DNA of 64,000 nucleotides from Bispira polyomma (Eukaryota): the NCBI GenBank assembly GCA_965649765.1, contig OZ287751.1:21762001-21826000 (forward strand), written 5' to 3'. The notes below the pieces were generated by a model. That model made no database searches and had not been told where the DNA came from. It was given only the letters and a program-made list of their open reading frames with translations. The stretch's first letter is position 1. Each line of letters opens with the position of its first letter. Shown piece after piece: positions 52,101-64,000 of the stretch. The translations under genes and the position numbers were made by a program.

Positions 52101-55100
52101 GATTCTGTTATCAAAGTACATGCAACAGCAAGAAATCTCACTAAATGGGACAAATTATTCTGCCTGTTAACCCTCCAACCCTATTGGAAAAAATGTGCTG
52201 CTCCATTTAGTTTTGCTGTGTCCTGAGTTAGAGACAGTTTCTACTTTGACTTTTGTTTGCAATTAAAAGTGTTCACTAATTTCAAAAATTTGTGTTGGTT
52301 AAGGCTTTAGTGACGTAAACACAAAAAACGATCGCCGCTAAACCACGTTGTGAAGGAATCACTGTCTAGAAACATACACTACATTGTTATAAAGGCCTCA
52401 AAGTCAATTTTTAAATACGATTTTTGCTTTATGAGTTGTGAAAATGATAGAGGACAGATTAAATAACAATTCAAGCTGAATTTTATAAATTTTAACACTG
52501 ATTTTAACAATTTATCAGCAGCAAATACTATGTATAAGAAGGTGTAAAATTGTAACAAAAACATCAATATTTGTCCAAGTACACCCTCCACAAACGTGAC
52601 ACAATACACATACCAAGAAGGTATTAATACTGAAATATTGTACATGACTAGAAAAAGGAAAACATTAGCAATATTTTGAATGAATTCGTTTTTTCATGAA
52701 AGTACAAAAACGGGGATAAATAGAAAAAACATTAAAGTTACACTCTTCTGAACAGAACGATACTTTGTATTCTTCGTTTAAAAAACATAAGGAAACATAT
52801 TTAAAAATGTAATTCATTCAAAACAATATACACGTTCTATAAAGTTGTGTAGTATATATAATATGTTTATATATGCTGGATCAATACTCGTATTGTGTCA
52901 CAATAGAAGGGGCTCTCTGCAAGAATTGTCTACAAATATGACGTTCTGCCACAGATTTAAAATTGTGTGACGTCACAATACAAGAATCATTATACGGCTT
53001 TTTTATTAACTATGCAATAAAATAATGAAGTTTTAAATAGTATTTGAATATAAAAATATGTAAAACGATCATTAAATAACCATTTTATGACTGCTGTAGT
53101 AGGTATATGTGCTAAAATTACAATTCGTAAATGCAATATGATTTATCGGCAACGTGTTTGTGTGTTTACGTTACTAAAGCCTTAAGTGTGTTTATACCTG
53201 TCTTCAAGTCAACTTTAGGTCATTATCTATATGATCCTGTTTACATGTAGATATTTGACAATAAGGTCCTAATTTGGCAGTGTGGCTGCTAAGCAAGTCT
53301 AATCTTATTGTTAATGCTTAATCTCTGTGCTAGTGGATTCTAAGGCACAACAATCCAAAAGTTGATTTTCACTGAAAAAAAACTGCACGTAAAAGAAAGG
53401 TGTTACCTTTTGTATTTAAGGGTGATTCAATGTCTTAAGACTTGATCCATCAAGAAGTATATAAAACCTATCAAAATTAGCAATTGAATATCACATACAG
53501 AAATTCATTTTTGCCGACGTTATAAAATACTCCTATTTATTGGACAGAAATCAGCATGTACAAGGCTTGCTTGTAAGTTAATTAAGATGTCAAAGATATT
53601 CAAATATCATGAATGACAAAACAAATCTATTTTTGCGTCTTTAAAATGTTATGTGGCAGTCAAACTGTCCCAAGTTCTCGCCCGGATGCTGGACGTTTAC
53701 TCAAGGACATTAGAACCGATTATGAGAGAAGGGGGAAAATTCTCTGTGACAATTCTCATTTGCAAATGATTAATATTGATGCAACTACTTCTCCAGTTTT
53801 CTCAAGTTCATGATAGCAAAGTGTCCGTAACTTTACAATAAAACCAATAAGTCCCCCAGACTTGAATGTTTTGAACGTTTTTTTTTTACAAAAACAAACC
53901 AAATCCCTATTTGTTTACCAACCATACAAAGAAAAGCCATCTTTTAAATTTATTTTTTTAAATGTATCAACAAAAAGTTGAATTAACTTGAAAGATCACA
54001 CACCTTTAAAGTACATGTGATATGTTTTTCTATTTAACATCTCACCTTTGAAATGTATGTTCTCTTTCACTCAAACAGAGAAAATACCTTTTCAGCTTTC
54101 TGCAGCTGTGAAATATGCTTCTCTTGTAGACCCACCCTGGTTGCTTCTCTTTGTATGTTTAAAACAAAATGCCCCAGCAGCTGTCTACATCTCTACAACA
54201 ACAGCAGCTAGTTGATGTAATCTGAGTATTCAATCTGTCGTCACCCATTTTTGTTGTTAATCCATTGATGTTTCAACTTGAATGACTAACATCTTCTGCG
54301 ATGGGGGGTGGGGGGGGGAGATGTTTCTATTTGACATGTCATCACTGTCACAGTTTAAGGTTAAAAACGAGATCTGACACACAAACAGCTAAGCGTGCCG
54401 GTTTGTGATGACAAGGCCTTTCAATTATCAATAAGAGATTTATCAAGGTTCCTTCATGTGTGGGGGGTGGGCGAAGCATATCTTTACCCCCTTGTTCGGG
54501 GGGGGGGGGGGGGGGGGGGGGAGGGTGTGTGTGTGTGTGTTTTTGACATGTGATCACTGTCACAGTTTGAGGTTAAAAGCCAGATCTGACAATCATAGAC
54601 ACACACACAGCTTAGCGTGCCTGTTTGTGATGACAAGGCCTATCAATTATGAATAAGAGATTATATCAGGGTTTCTTTGTGTGAGTTATGTGATCTGTGA
54701 CCTCATTGACTCGGGAAGTTCTTCCATAATAACCTATTGATGATGTATAATCTATATAGCCCCATTTATAGCCCAAAACCCCTCAGTTGATAAACTAAAC
54801 CCGTGTCAAAAATCGATGAAAACCTATCCATTGTAGCCTTGTCAGTACATTTAGTAGACCACCACTTCTTTGTATATTATAAGCAGAAATCAGTCATACT
54901 TCACCTTTTCCCTGAAGGTGAGTAATTTGTTCATTTTAATTAAAAGGCCACACTGTGATCAATCTTTCCATTCAAAGCATAGGACACTCTCTTTAATAAC
55001 ACTGTTAATGTTTCATTAATTTAAGGCCGTCAAAAAAGGGACTGTGGTTTTGAGATGTTACTCCATCTTCAACTCACAATCAAATTTCACATGGACGTTT

Positions 55101-58100
55101 TGTGGATATTCTCCAAAGTATAAGGAAATAAGCTGTACTTTATTTAACACTCTTTCTTCCTTGGCTTTAGGCTTTTAGTGTTCAATATTTAAAGTCCAAT
55201 TTTATTAAGGTCCAGTTAAAGCCAGTTTAGGTTTAAACTTCAAGGTACAAAGAAAATTCTTTCTACTACTTAAGCAGGATTTCCACTTGACAGGATGAAT
55301 TATACAACAAAAGGTCTTTGAAGGAGGAATAAACATTTCTTTCCAGATAAAAGGGAAATTGACTTATCAGCTTTCTACTTTAAAGGGGTGGTGTGACTGT
55401 ACTGTACGAACATATATTATCCACATTTCTGGTCCATCTGAATATATTTCATTTGATGAACTTATTTTCACTCATCTCAAAGTATTATCTCTTCCTATAG
55501 AAGTTTTGTACCAAAAAAGAGCCTCTCCTATTTTATTAACTTTCTATTAACTGAACAATGATACCAGTAAGTTTGGACAACACAGCTTCTACTGTGTATT
55601 GTCTGTTAAGATTAGATATAAATACCTTCATCTTGAGATGAATCCCCCCATGGGGTTTTCCTGATTGAATTGCCATTTTAAACTCTTACCCCCTTGGAGA
55701 AATATTGTTGTATATTTGAAAGAAATGTATGTTTACATTAATGGTTCAAAAATTCAGTTTTTAGTACCCGAGTATTTGGATTTTTGTGCTCAGAAATATC
55801 TGTGGTTTTTGGATTAAAAACAGACCTGTTTAGAGTTCAACACAGTTCCTTAATGTAATCAAGTTATTGTCAACTTTAAACATCATAGTTCTTTAAGGCA
55901 GCGAAAAAAAAAACAAAAAAAAAAAACACAAAAAATATCTGTGGGTTTATGAATAAAAATGAATCAGCTCAGACTTCAACAGAGTTAAATGTTATCAAAT
56001 TACATTGTTACGAGTGTTAACTTTTAAACATCATCATTATTAAGCCCTATGTTTGTTAAGGTTTAGACTAATAAATTCACTTATGTGGGTAATTACTTAA
56101 TGTGAAATATGTGGTTATAACGAATGTAGGTAATTTACAGTATACACTAAATTACTCAATATGTTAAAGATGTGGGTAAATTCCATTCATTTGTCTTAAT
56201 GTACATACAGAACATTTGCCTTAACATACATACAGAACAGGTATATTATACACCTTTTAGGTGATTAAGTTATTAGAGTATCACCAGAAAGCTAATGTTT
56301 TGTGCTGTTCGACAATTCCATTATTTTTATTTCTTACTAATGACTAATTTTGAAAGTATATATTTGCAAGCTACTTCTATGTATTAAAACATTTCCTTCT
56401 AAAATCGCCTGTAAAATTGCTTTACATGAAAACCTCAACAATTGCCAAGTGTTTTCAAACATCAGCTGATTGCTGTCGCCCATTGCCGACATTAAAGCCT
56501 AGACTATTTAAAGGAATTCTAGCTAATTTTTTCCAGCCTTGTGAAACTTGAATAGTTAAAACAATTATAAGGACATGAAAACATAGACTTAAACACTCAA
56601 TAACCAACACATGTTTTTATTCTTGTTGTTTTATCAGATGACGACTGTGAGAAAACTGTGACTGTCTTATTGGACGGAGAAGAAACAATGATCGATTTTA
56701 TTGACGTCCCCGTGGAGTCGGTAAGTACACTGTTGTGTACTTCATCAGAATATTCTATAGCAGTATATGTTTAGTTGAGTTCTAAAGGGGCAAATATACC
56801 TGTCCAATTTTATAGCGAAAATTGCCCTTACCATTTCCTAACAATAGCTTACGTGTTGGAGCCGTCCAATTCACTGGCCAACGAAGATAAACGTTTTATG
56901 CTACCTTAAGCATACCAGTTTTGCTTCTAAATCCTAAAAAAAAAATTAAATCAAACAAAATAGGCTACACCTGGTGGACGCCACCTCTGAATCCTGTTAA
57001 ATTTCGATTTATTTTCAAACAGCCACATTGGTATACAAGTCTCTCAATACTGTGGCCTACTAAAATACCTGTACTGGAAAATTATAACTCTGTTTTCGTG
57101 GTTCAAATCTTGAGCTGTTGTACATGTGATGACTTTTGATTTCCCTTTGTTGTGGAAAGAAAAATCTTTGATTTTAAAAAGAAAAAAAATTTTCCTTTAA
57201 AAAGTCTACCCTGTCGAGTAAAATTACTGCTTTTATAGTTAGGAAGAGGGATTTCTTCTGAAACACTTGAAGAGGTTCATTACTTAAAGCAGTTTGACTG
57301 TATTATAATAATAAATACCCTCCTTGCGGAATACGTAACACAGTGGATATTTGGAATGCAGTATTCGTGCTATCAAAATTTCAGCCACGTTTATATCAGA
57401 TCACCTAAGATCATAACATCTAGTGTGATCTGGATAGAATGGGTGAAAATGCTCATTTGCATATCATTCACCAGATCATGCCCAAGGTATGCCCTGTTTA
57501 TCCCAGGATGTGCCTAATTTTTACCAGATCTCACAAGTTTATCACCAGGCCATACCAGATTTAAGCATATAATTATTACACGTTTATGCAATCTTTGCTC
57601 CAGATAACACCAGTCCTGTCCAGAGCAGACAATATTGAGTAGTTTATGCCCCATTTATGCTCAGTTCAAGCCCCGATCACACCCGTTGTCACTAGTTCTC
57701 TTCAGATGTGCCTTTTTAGGGCCAACTTAATGCACGGAAGTTTTAAACATGTCCAACTCTTCTGTCTCTGACACTAGTTCTTGCTGATTTCTCCAGTTTA
57801 TGCCCATATACTCCAGATCACACTGGTTCTTGAAATCAGTAGTAAATGGCTCCATAGATCTTGAAGGTGTGAACGCGGTTTTAGAAACATAACAAAAATA
57901 TCTGCAACCTATCCCTCCACCCCCCTAGCTGTTTACATACTACAGTGGGGCAGTGTTGACCGTTTACATAACAGTTGAGTCACTTACTGTTAGATTGTAC
58001 ACTCATTTCCACAGACAAGTTGATGGTAATTATTCCATTCCGTGGGGGGGGGGGGGTGGGGTGCAAGAACTGTGTCACAAGATAACAAACACGCCATGAG

Positions 58101-59819
58101 TCCGCGGCGCAAATATTGACTCATTTGCTTGAAGCTGTCATTCCAGTAAATAAAGCCGGCTGTTAAAAACAAAACAGAGAACGGTTTTAAGAACTTCATC
58201 GTCTTGTATGATGAGTCAGTATATAATGTTGATGATTTAATAGATGCACCAGAATTTTACTGTTGAATATATGAATTTAATATATAAACACAGAACAAAT
58301 CAAGATTTAACTGTATTTCTTGTGATTCATACAATTGGATCTATTTAGTAAATTTACCAAAACGCTTAAAAGCCCGGATAGTTTTAGGTCAGCTTAGACC
58401 CAGAAAAATAGTTATAGTGTCTATTTTCTTGTCAACTTAGTATTGTTTATTGTGACAGTTGTTCACTGTGCTGGCCCCCCCATATTACTTCACAGAATAT
58501 AACAGTTATTCAGTCTTTGGTCCAGTTCTAAGCAATGAACTCTATTGTGAAACATCAGCCGCTATGCAAAGAAACAGTTCAGTTATGCAAGAATAGGGCG
58601 GGGGGGGGGGGGGGGGGGGGGGGTTAAATAATTGCCCCTACTTTATAACACCTTTTATCTAATGACAAAAACCCTTGTGATCTCTAACAAAGCATTATAG
58701 CCTTGAATTGAACCTTTGCTGGGTAAATAAATAAAAAAACATTTGCATTTTGTTTCCATATTGGCAATTTTTGGGAGGTGATTAGGAAACATTTATTGAC
58801 CTCTTGTTATTTTTCTCTTTTACTAATTTTTAACCGAAGAGTATTTACGTGACAGTATGCCAATAGGCAACTGCTATATTTCAGACAAGAGCTAAGAAAT
58901 TTCTGGTCATCTTTATTTTAAATGTTACTAGTGATTTGGAATTTACTGCCTTTATTAACATTACCGTAATCATCATGCAAAAATTGCCCTGTAACATTAA
59001 CAAAGAGGGCCTCAATTAACAAGATATGATAGATTTTTAACACGCCTAATTGATGCCAGGCATCATCTCAAGCGCAACATTATTGACAAAATTGTAAAAA
59101 TCATTGTCCGCTTCCATGGCAAATTCGTGATCGGGGTAACATGGAGGAGAAAGATGTTTGAGGAGGGTAAGCGAATGTGAAGATATGGGTCTTAAGGTTA
59201 CTTAAGGTTACTTCTAAAGCAAGTAAAGTTATATGGTCATCTTACTTCAAGAAATAGAGCAATTAGGAGATTGGAATTAGATTCATAAACTTGAATTTTT
59301 TGGCGAACTTTTAGAAAACTTAAAGCCTATCTCTTCAAACTCACTTACCTCCCGTTTATATCCCCGATCACGAATTTGCATTGGAAACTGACTACAATTT
59401 CAACAACTTAGTCAATGGTGTTGTGCTTTAGAAGATGCCTGGCATCAATTAGGCACGTTTAAAATCTGTCATATCATGTCAATTCCCCTCCCTGTACACC
59501 CCCACATCCTTCCTTACGATGTGACTGTATTTTTTCTCTTACTTTTCGATTGGTTAATGGATTCTGTTGCACTTTAGAAGATGCCGCACATCAATCAATA
59601 AGGTGCGTTAATCAATAAAGAATACTACACAGGTTGTACATACAAGTACAAACTTGTCTGATGTCATAAACTTGTCCACCTTTTTATGGGTTACATAAAA
59701 ATGTTATCCTAAATGTTAGCTACGATAAAATATAGTCAAAAAAAGATTTACTTTACTTGAATCAAAATTCACTTAAAATTACCAAGGATTTAAAATTTTT
59801 CCTGGCATTTAAAACACTC

Positions 59820-59850
<31 letters not shown>

Positions 59851-61839
59851 AAAAAAAATAAATAAATAAAGTTTATTACTTGGGACAATTTTATGACAAC
59901 TTCAGTGTACTATGATTGTAATTTTAAACATTATAAAACAATGATTTTTATTGTTATTCATATCTGTGTCTCTTTCCATTTCAATCTGTTCACAGGATCT
60001 GAGCCAATATGGTGCTGTTGACGGATACCTCATGTGTTTCTCTATCACCAACAAGCCTTCATTCCACTACATGAAAGATGTCCTAGAATCGGTGGTGAAA
60101 ACCAATGCAGCATCTCCGCCCGCTCTCATCGTGGTGGCCAACAAGAGTGACCTTGTCAGAAAGAGAGCTGTGTCTGAAAACGGTGAGATTTGGTCAGAAA
60201 GAATGAACAAAATATAAACATTGTTGTGACATACAGTCAGTGCTTCCACTGGCCACTGTTTTTGGGTCAATTTTGGAGGTCATGCGCAAAATTAAAATGG
60301 TTGTACAACAATGGCTAAGAACGGTGTCAAAAAAAAAAAAAAAATATCTGCCCAGATTTGGCCCCTCAATCTTTTATTTGTGTGTATCTCATGAAATTTA
60401 TGCTTGAATTCAAGCACATATGTGCATAAACGGAATCACTTACAGTAAAACTTGTGCTGGCAACCACTCTCAATGGTGAGTTGTGACCATTCTAAAATCT
60501 CCCCATGATTTTTGCATCAAAATTGGCCATGTATACAGAAAAGTAATACAGCCACTGATGTTCAAAGTCAATCAGGAGTAGTGAATTATAACAAACAAAT
60601 CTGAACATTGTTAAGACAAGGTGTGAGACTGGGGGCTCGGTTACTCGATTATGGGCCAAATTTTTGTGAAATTCGCTATTCGGGGTATTGAAAATGTTTT
60701 AAGTTAAAACTGTTAATTTTTTATTGCTTGTATTTATTATATAAAATAACTTCATCAAAACAATAATGTATGTCTAATTCCTGCAGGTAATATACGTTTT
60801 CCTCTTAATTTCCAATATTCCCGAAGAAATTTGCCTTTATTTTTCGCTAGATTATGTTTAAATCAGCCGCCATATTGCTAGACTGGTATCTGAGATTGGT
60901 GCATACTAAATCCACGGGTACCCGGTTTCAAAATGGTTAGACCGTAGCGATTTCTCGGATTAATGTTGTAGGTAAACTGCAAAAGTTGATACAGAATACG
61001 GTACATGTCTCATTAATTTCTCCTAAAATAAATATTTGTGTTTAAATTTTGTATTCGTATTTTTTTTTTTCCTTTAGATTAATTTATGTTATTTTAATTC
61101 TCTATCAGTTGGTTATTTCACTTTTACTATTGTGTAATCTATACCATTTTTACATAAAAAAATGAAAACTAATGTGCTTAAGGGTTTTACAAACCGCCGA
61201 GTACACGTCACAAATGTACACTACAGTACAGGGGACGACACGTCACTGCACAACAGTTACATTCGCACCAACCATGATACAGCACCACAGTTTCCATATA
61301 AACTACATCTCCATGACAGGGAGGGAAGGTGAAATAATCAATAAATCACATGCACAAGCATTATAGAAATACGCAACAACACAAAATAGTTTTTAGAGAT
61401 TTCTTCCAAGTAAAATTGCAGTGTAGTGTTGTGTGGTATAGGAGGCAGTCTGAATAATCAATATAATATATTGTCTTATTTCTATTTATTTGTAGTGTCG
61501 TGTTGTGTCATCAGCAGTCTGTAAGGCCCTTTACAGTAGGGTCAATAAACTTTATTATAATTATTATTATAATACTTTTTTTCAGAAGCCCGACTGCTTT
61601 GTATCAAGAATGGGTGTAAGTACATCGAAGTGTCCGCAGTTATCAACCATAAAGTGGACGATTTACTGGTGGGCATCACCACGCAGGTCCGCCTCAACCC
61701 CAGACGCCACGAGAGCAGAAGGAACGCCAAAGACGCCCAGAAGAACGTGTCTTGTGTGTCTGCAAAGGGACTAATGCAGCTGATCTTCAAAAGGAATCAC
61801 CAGACGTCCAAGTCGTGTGATAACCTCCTGGTGCTTTAG
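36094..61839 (+). CDS. Rgk: RGK-family small GTPase (Rad/Rem/Gem/Kir-like), 4 coding exons, 529 aa
   Basis: join(36094..37159,56638..56720,59996..60182,61586..61839) = 1590 nt, in frame, all GT-AG with phases 1/0/1. G1 GDRRVGKT, 'EKTVTVLLDGEE', G4 NKSD ('NKSDLVRKR'), G5 EVSA. C-terminal RGK signature 'SKSCDNLLVL*' with Cys at -7 and no CAAX. Confidence 0.92.
38210..38409 (-). repeat. Right arm of the inverted repeat pair (partner of 34550-34753)
   Basis: Reverse complement aligns with 34550-34753 along its length with a few indels. Confidence 0.9.
41789..42640. mobile_element. 852-bp non-autonomous DNA transposon, 13-bp TIRs, 5-bp TSD AGAAA (hAT-like termini)
   Basis: CAGGGTTCGCGCT ... AGCGCCAACCCTG. 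AGAAA at 41784-41788 and 42641-42645. Empty site seen in the paralogous host repeat at ~16810-16835. Confidence 0.8.
42855..43110 (+). mobile_element. Near-complete tRNA-derived SINE; relatives at ~26860-27003, 30140-30250, 50960-51105
   Basis: GGGGGCCGCGGTAGCCTAGTGGTTAG (A box), GGGTTTGACTCCC (B box), conserved 'CAGTGTAGAACCTTGA.CAACT' body and A-rich tail. Confidence 0.8.
45648..45820. mobile_element. Tc1/mariner-pogo-type MITE, 25-bp TIRs, TA TSD
   Basis: TA|CAGTAGACTCTGTATAACTAGAACC ... GGTTCTACTTATACAGAGTGTACTG|TA (2 mismatches). Confidence 0.85.
52303..53181. mobile_element. 879-bp non-autonomous TTAA-target DNA transposon (Kolobok-like)
   Basis: TTAA|GGCTTTAGTGACGTAAACACA ... TGTGTTTACGTTACTAAAGCC|TTAA. 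GG..CC termini fit Kolobok better than piggyBac (CC..GG). Confidence 0.8.
54330..54685 (+). repeat. Local tandem duplication of a ~130-140-bp unit, each copy preceded by a G tract
   Basis: TTTGACATGT.ATCACTGTCACAGTTT.AGGTTAAAA...TGTGATGACAAGGCCT.TCAATTAT.AATAAGAGATT at ~54330 and ~54542. Confidence 0.85.
56638..56720 (+). CDS. Rgk: RGK coding exon 2 (not in the ORF track): (D)DDCEKTVTVLLDGEETMIDFIDVPVES
   Basis: Acceptor TTGTTGTTTTATCAG, donor TCG|GTAAGT; beta2/beta3 strands of the Ras fold; phases fit the neighbouring exons. Confidence 0.9.
57375..57882. mobile_element. Probable degenerate non-autonomous DNA transposon with short CCAGA/AGATC repeats
   Basis: Dense CCAG(A/T) repeats; right end GTGTGAACGCGGTTTT; left end only weakly complementary. 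Confidence 0.35.
59014..59484. mobile_element. Foldback MITE with ~135-bp inverted arms; fragments of the same family at ~18370-18475, 27955-28070, 59560-59610
   Basis: GCCTAATTGATGCCAGGCATC / GATGCCTGGCATCAATTAGGC and GCAAATTCGTGATCGGGG / CCCCGATCACGAATTTGC are perfect inverted segments. Confidence 0.85.
59996..60182 (+). CDS. Rgk: RGK coding exon 3 (contains the G4 NKxD motif)
   Basis: Acceptor CTGTTCACAG, donor AACG|GTGAGA; 'DGYLMCFSITNKPSF..LIVVANKSDLVRKRAVS'. Confidence 0.92.
61586..61839 (+). CDS. Rgk: RGK terminal coding exon (G5 motif and C-terminal tail)
   Basis: Acceptor TTTTTTTCAG; 'EARLLCIKNGCKYIEVSAVINHKVDDLLVGITTQVRL...SKSCDNLLVL*'. Confidence 0.92.
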
Positions 61840-61924
61840 TGCTATATATATATATATATATATTATTAACTCTTCTGAGCCCAAAGAGAAAACCCAGGAA
61901 CTAAAGGAAATATTTTGTATATTC

Positions 61925-62001
61925 TGTCTTTCTGCTGAGGGACTAATGCAACTGATCTTCACCAGACGTTCAAGTCTTGTGGTAACTTCCTGGTACTCTA
62001 A
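61925..62001 (+). pseudogene. Degenerate duplicate of the RGK C-terminal coding tail, lying in the 3' UTR
   Basis: Aligns with ~61753-61839 (GGGACTAATGCA.CTGATCTTCA...CCAGACGT.CAAGTC.TGTG.TAAC.TCCTGGT.CT.TA.) with a 10-nt deletion. Confidence 0.8.
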
Positions 62002-64000
62002 TAACTATTATCTGCGCCATTTTAACACCACCAGGTGCCAGTTTAAATTGGTGCCTAAAAGGGGGTGGGCCGCTTCGACACATCTAGCCCCAGTGTTAAT
62101 ACATGTTAATACACCAACCACACTGAGGAATAAATTACTAAGATTTGATAAAATTAATATTTTCTAGCTTATCGTTTTAAAACTTACAACATTTGAATAT
62201 TACATAATATACAGCTGGTTTTGTTGAATAAAATACACAGTAAATTGCTATTAAAATAAATGTAACAACCTGTTCATTAAATAAATTTCAATAGCCAATC
62301 ACACATTAAATCGCTATTAAAATTAATTTATTAAAGCTGTTTTACTGTAAATATGTAATATTTAAATTCCCTGTGTTATAAGCTTTAAAAATGATACCAT
62401 AACCAGTGAGTGTGTTGAAACGGCCTTAAAGACTATATGTTACAGCTTTTTAGCTCAAGAGAAAACTATCGCCAGGAGCTGAATGGAAATATTTCCGGGT
62501 AATAGGTTAGAGAAAGCTAAAACATAACATTGTTGGGGTTGTAGAATGCGTGCCGACAGACATATAGGTGTGGAGAGTGATGTAATGGCGTCGGCTGCTA
62601 ATCGAAAACATAGGGGTCAAAAATGTCATGTTACTGTTCAAGTGTACAAAAGATTAGTTATTCTCAATTTTGTTTTTTATTTCTTTGTCAAAAGAAATGG
62701 CATGCTGGCTTCGTTAGAAGCATAATGGAGACAATATGATTTGGTTAACATTTAAAATTTGATTAAGAGTTTAAACTTTTAAAGAGCAGTTATAATTGCC
62801 TTTTGTGGGAAATATGTTGACAGAAGTACACATGTAATGGCTGATAAAGAAAACATGGAAGAACAAAAAAAAACCCAGAATAATTAGTAAATTTGAATAA
62901 TTGTAAAACTGTCACATGTGTGTTTTGTATTAATTAACTATTATTAGTTATAAGTATCAACTATAACTGTCACATATGATGTAAAAGAAAACAGCGAAAG
63001 AGTACTAAAATATATTGTTTGCTACCATTGAGATTGGCGCACATTCTAAAATGGGAAAAAAGAGTTACCCAAAGGAATTGAATGTTGGTTCATTTTGAAC
63101 TGTACACACATGAATCTTAGGCTAAGTTCTGTGTGTACAGTGTCACTTATTTGTCACATGTTCTATTTCTGCTAATATATTCAAGTATCACTTAAACTTG
63201 TGAGTTCTCAGTGGTTTCATTTGACAGATTTTGACTGTACACGTGTATAAAAAGTCTGTATGACTGTACAGCTAGGTCCCTTGGGTCCAGAATACTCGCA
63301 TATTGGCTTGTTCCTGTATTTGACATGTTTATAATTGTTTATTTCACCTTAGTTGGCGTACACCACTCTGCTACGATGGCATATGGACTGTTGTACAACA
63401 CAAATTGTAATGTTTACAGCAAAAGTTATTCTCTCGTGTAATTTTTGGAAAAAATATAATTTTTATTTATTTCAAAAATTTGTGTCTCATAAGCCTATTA
63501 TAGGTTTGGTGTTAATATTTATATGATTAAAATATCATTGTACTGAAATTGTATTTTAACATGTGTACACATATAAATAAAAAATATTCTATATTCTATT
63601 CTGTAAATCTGAGACACCCAATGTTAAAATCCATAGTGTGGTCTGTTAATTCATCAAATGATCTTAACTATAGTGCAGTAGTTTTAGTTTAAGTCCCCTC
63701 CTCTAACGCAACCGGTTTATTATGTCTCTAGACCCAGAGTTTTAATCAGTAACTTGTATGTACATCTGTTACCATCAATGTCGAATGGGTGTAGCCACGG
63801 ATAAAGACAAATGGGAGAGTATCTGGGGATAAAAAAAATAGGTGGTGATTTTTTCTGTCTACTTTGATTGGAACCTTGTTTTTGTATATAAAATATCCTT
63901 ACTTCTAAGTAAACATACATTTAACAACTGCTTCTCATTTTTTTTGCTAAGAAAAGGTTCTTTTGGGTGGATGTTTAAATGAATATACTTACCATTTGCT

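Noticed and set aside
60625-61230. Possible TIR element in the last RGK intron
   Set aside because: CpG-containing block, but the ends are only weakly complementary and no TSD could be fixed.

Overview
AT-rich animal genomic DNA. The SINE types and long poly-G/C tracts suggest a mollusc-like invertebrate (inference). The first ~8.6 kb is a transposon cluster: a minus-strand Ngaro/DIRS-type tyrosine-recombinase retrotransposon (open RT/RNase H ORF, damaged gag and YR, running off the left edge), then a 4.1-kb PIF/Harbinger DNA transposon (4372-8507, ATA target duplication). The Harbinger carries a DDE nuclease with one internal stop and a convergent, spliced MADF/BESS gene, and it sits inside the left end of an older relative. 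The single host gene is a + strand RGK-family (Rad/Rem/Gem/Kir-like) small GTPase with 4 coding exons (36094-37159, 56638-56720, 59996-60182, 61586-61839; 529 aa). The rest is intronic/intergenic DNA full of MITEs, tRNA-derived SINEs and LINE fragments. Most notable: (i) a ~200-bp inverted repeat pair bracketing the AUG-containing first coding exon of the RGK gene, a back-splicing/circRNA-type layout; (ii) a degenerate second copy of the RGK C-terminal tail in the 3' UTR; (iii) self-nested Harbinger insertion; (iv) an 852-bp TIR element with a 5-bp TSD whose empty site is visible elsewhere in the window. All alignments were made by eye and no database searches were run.
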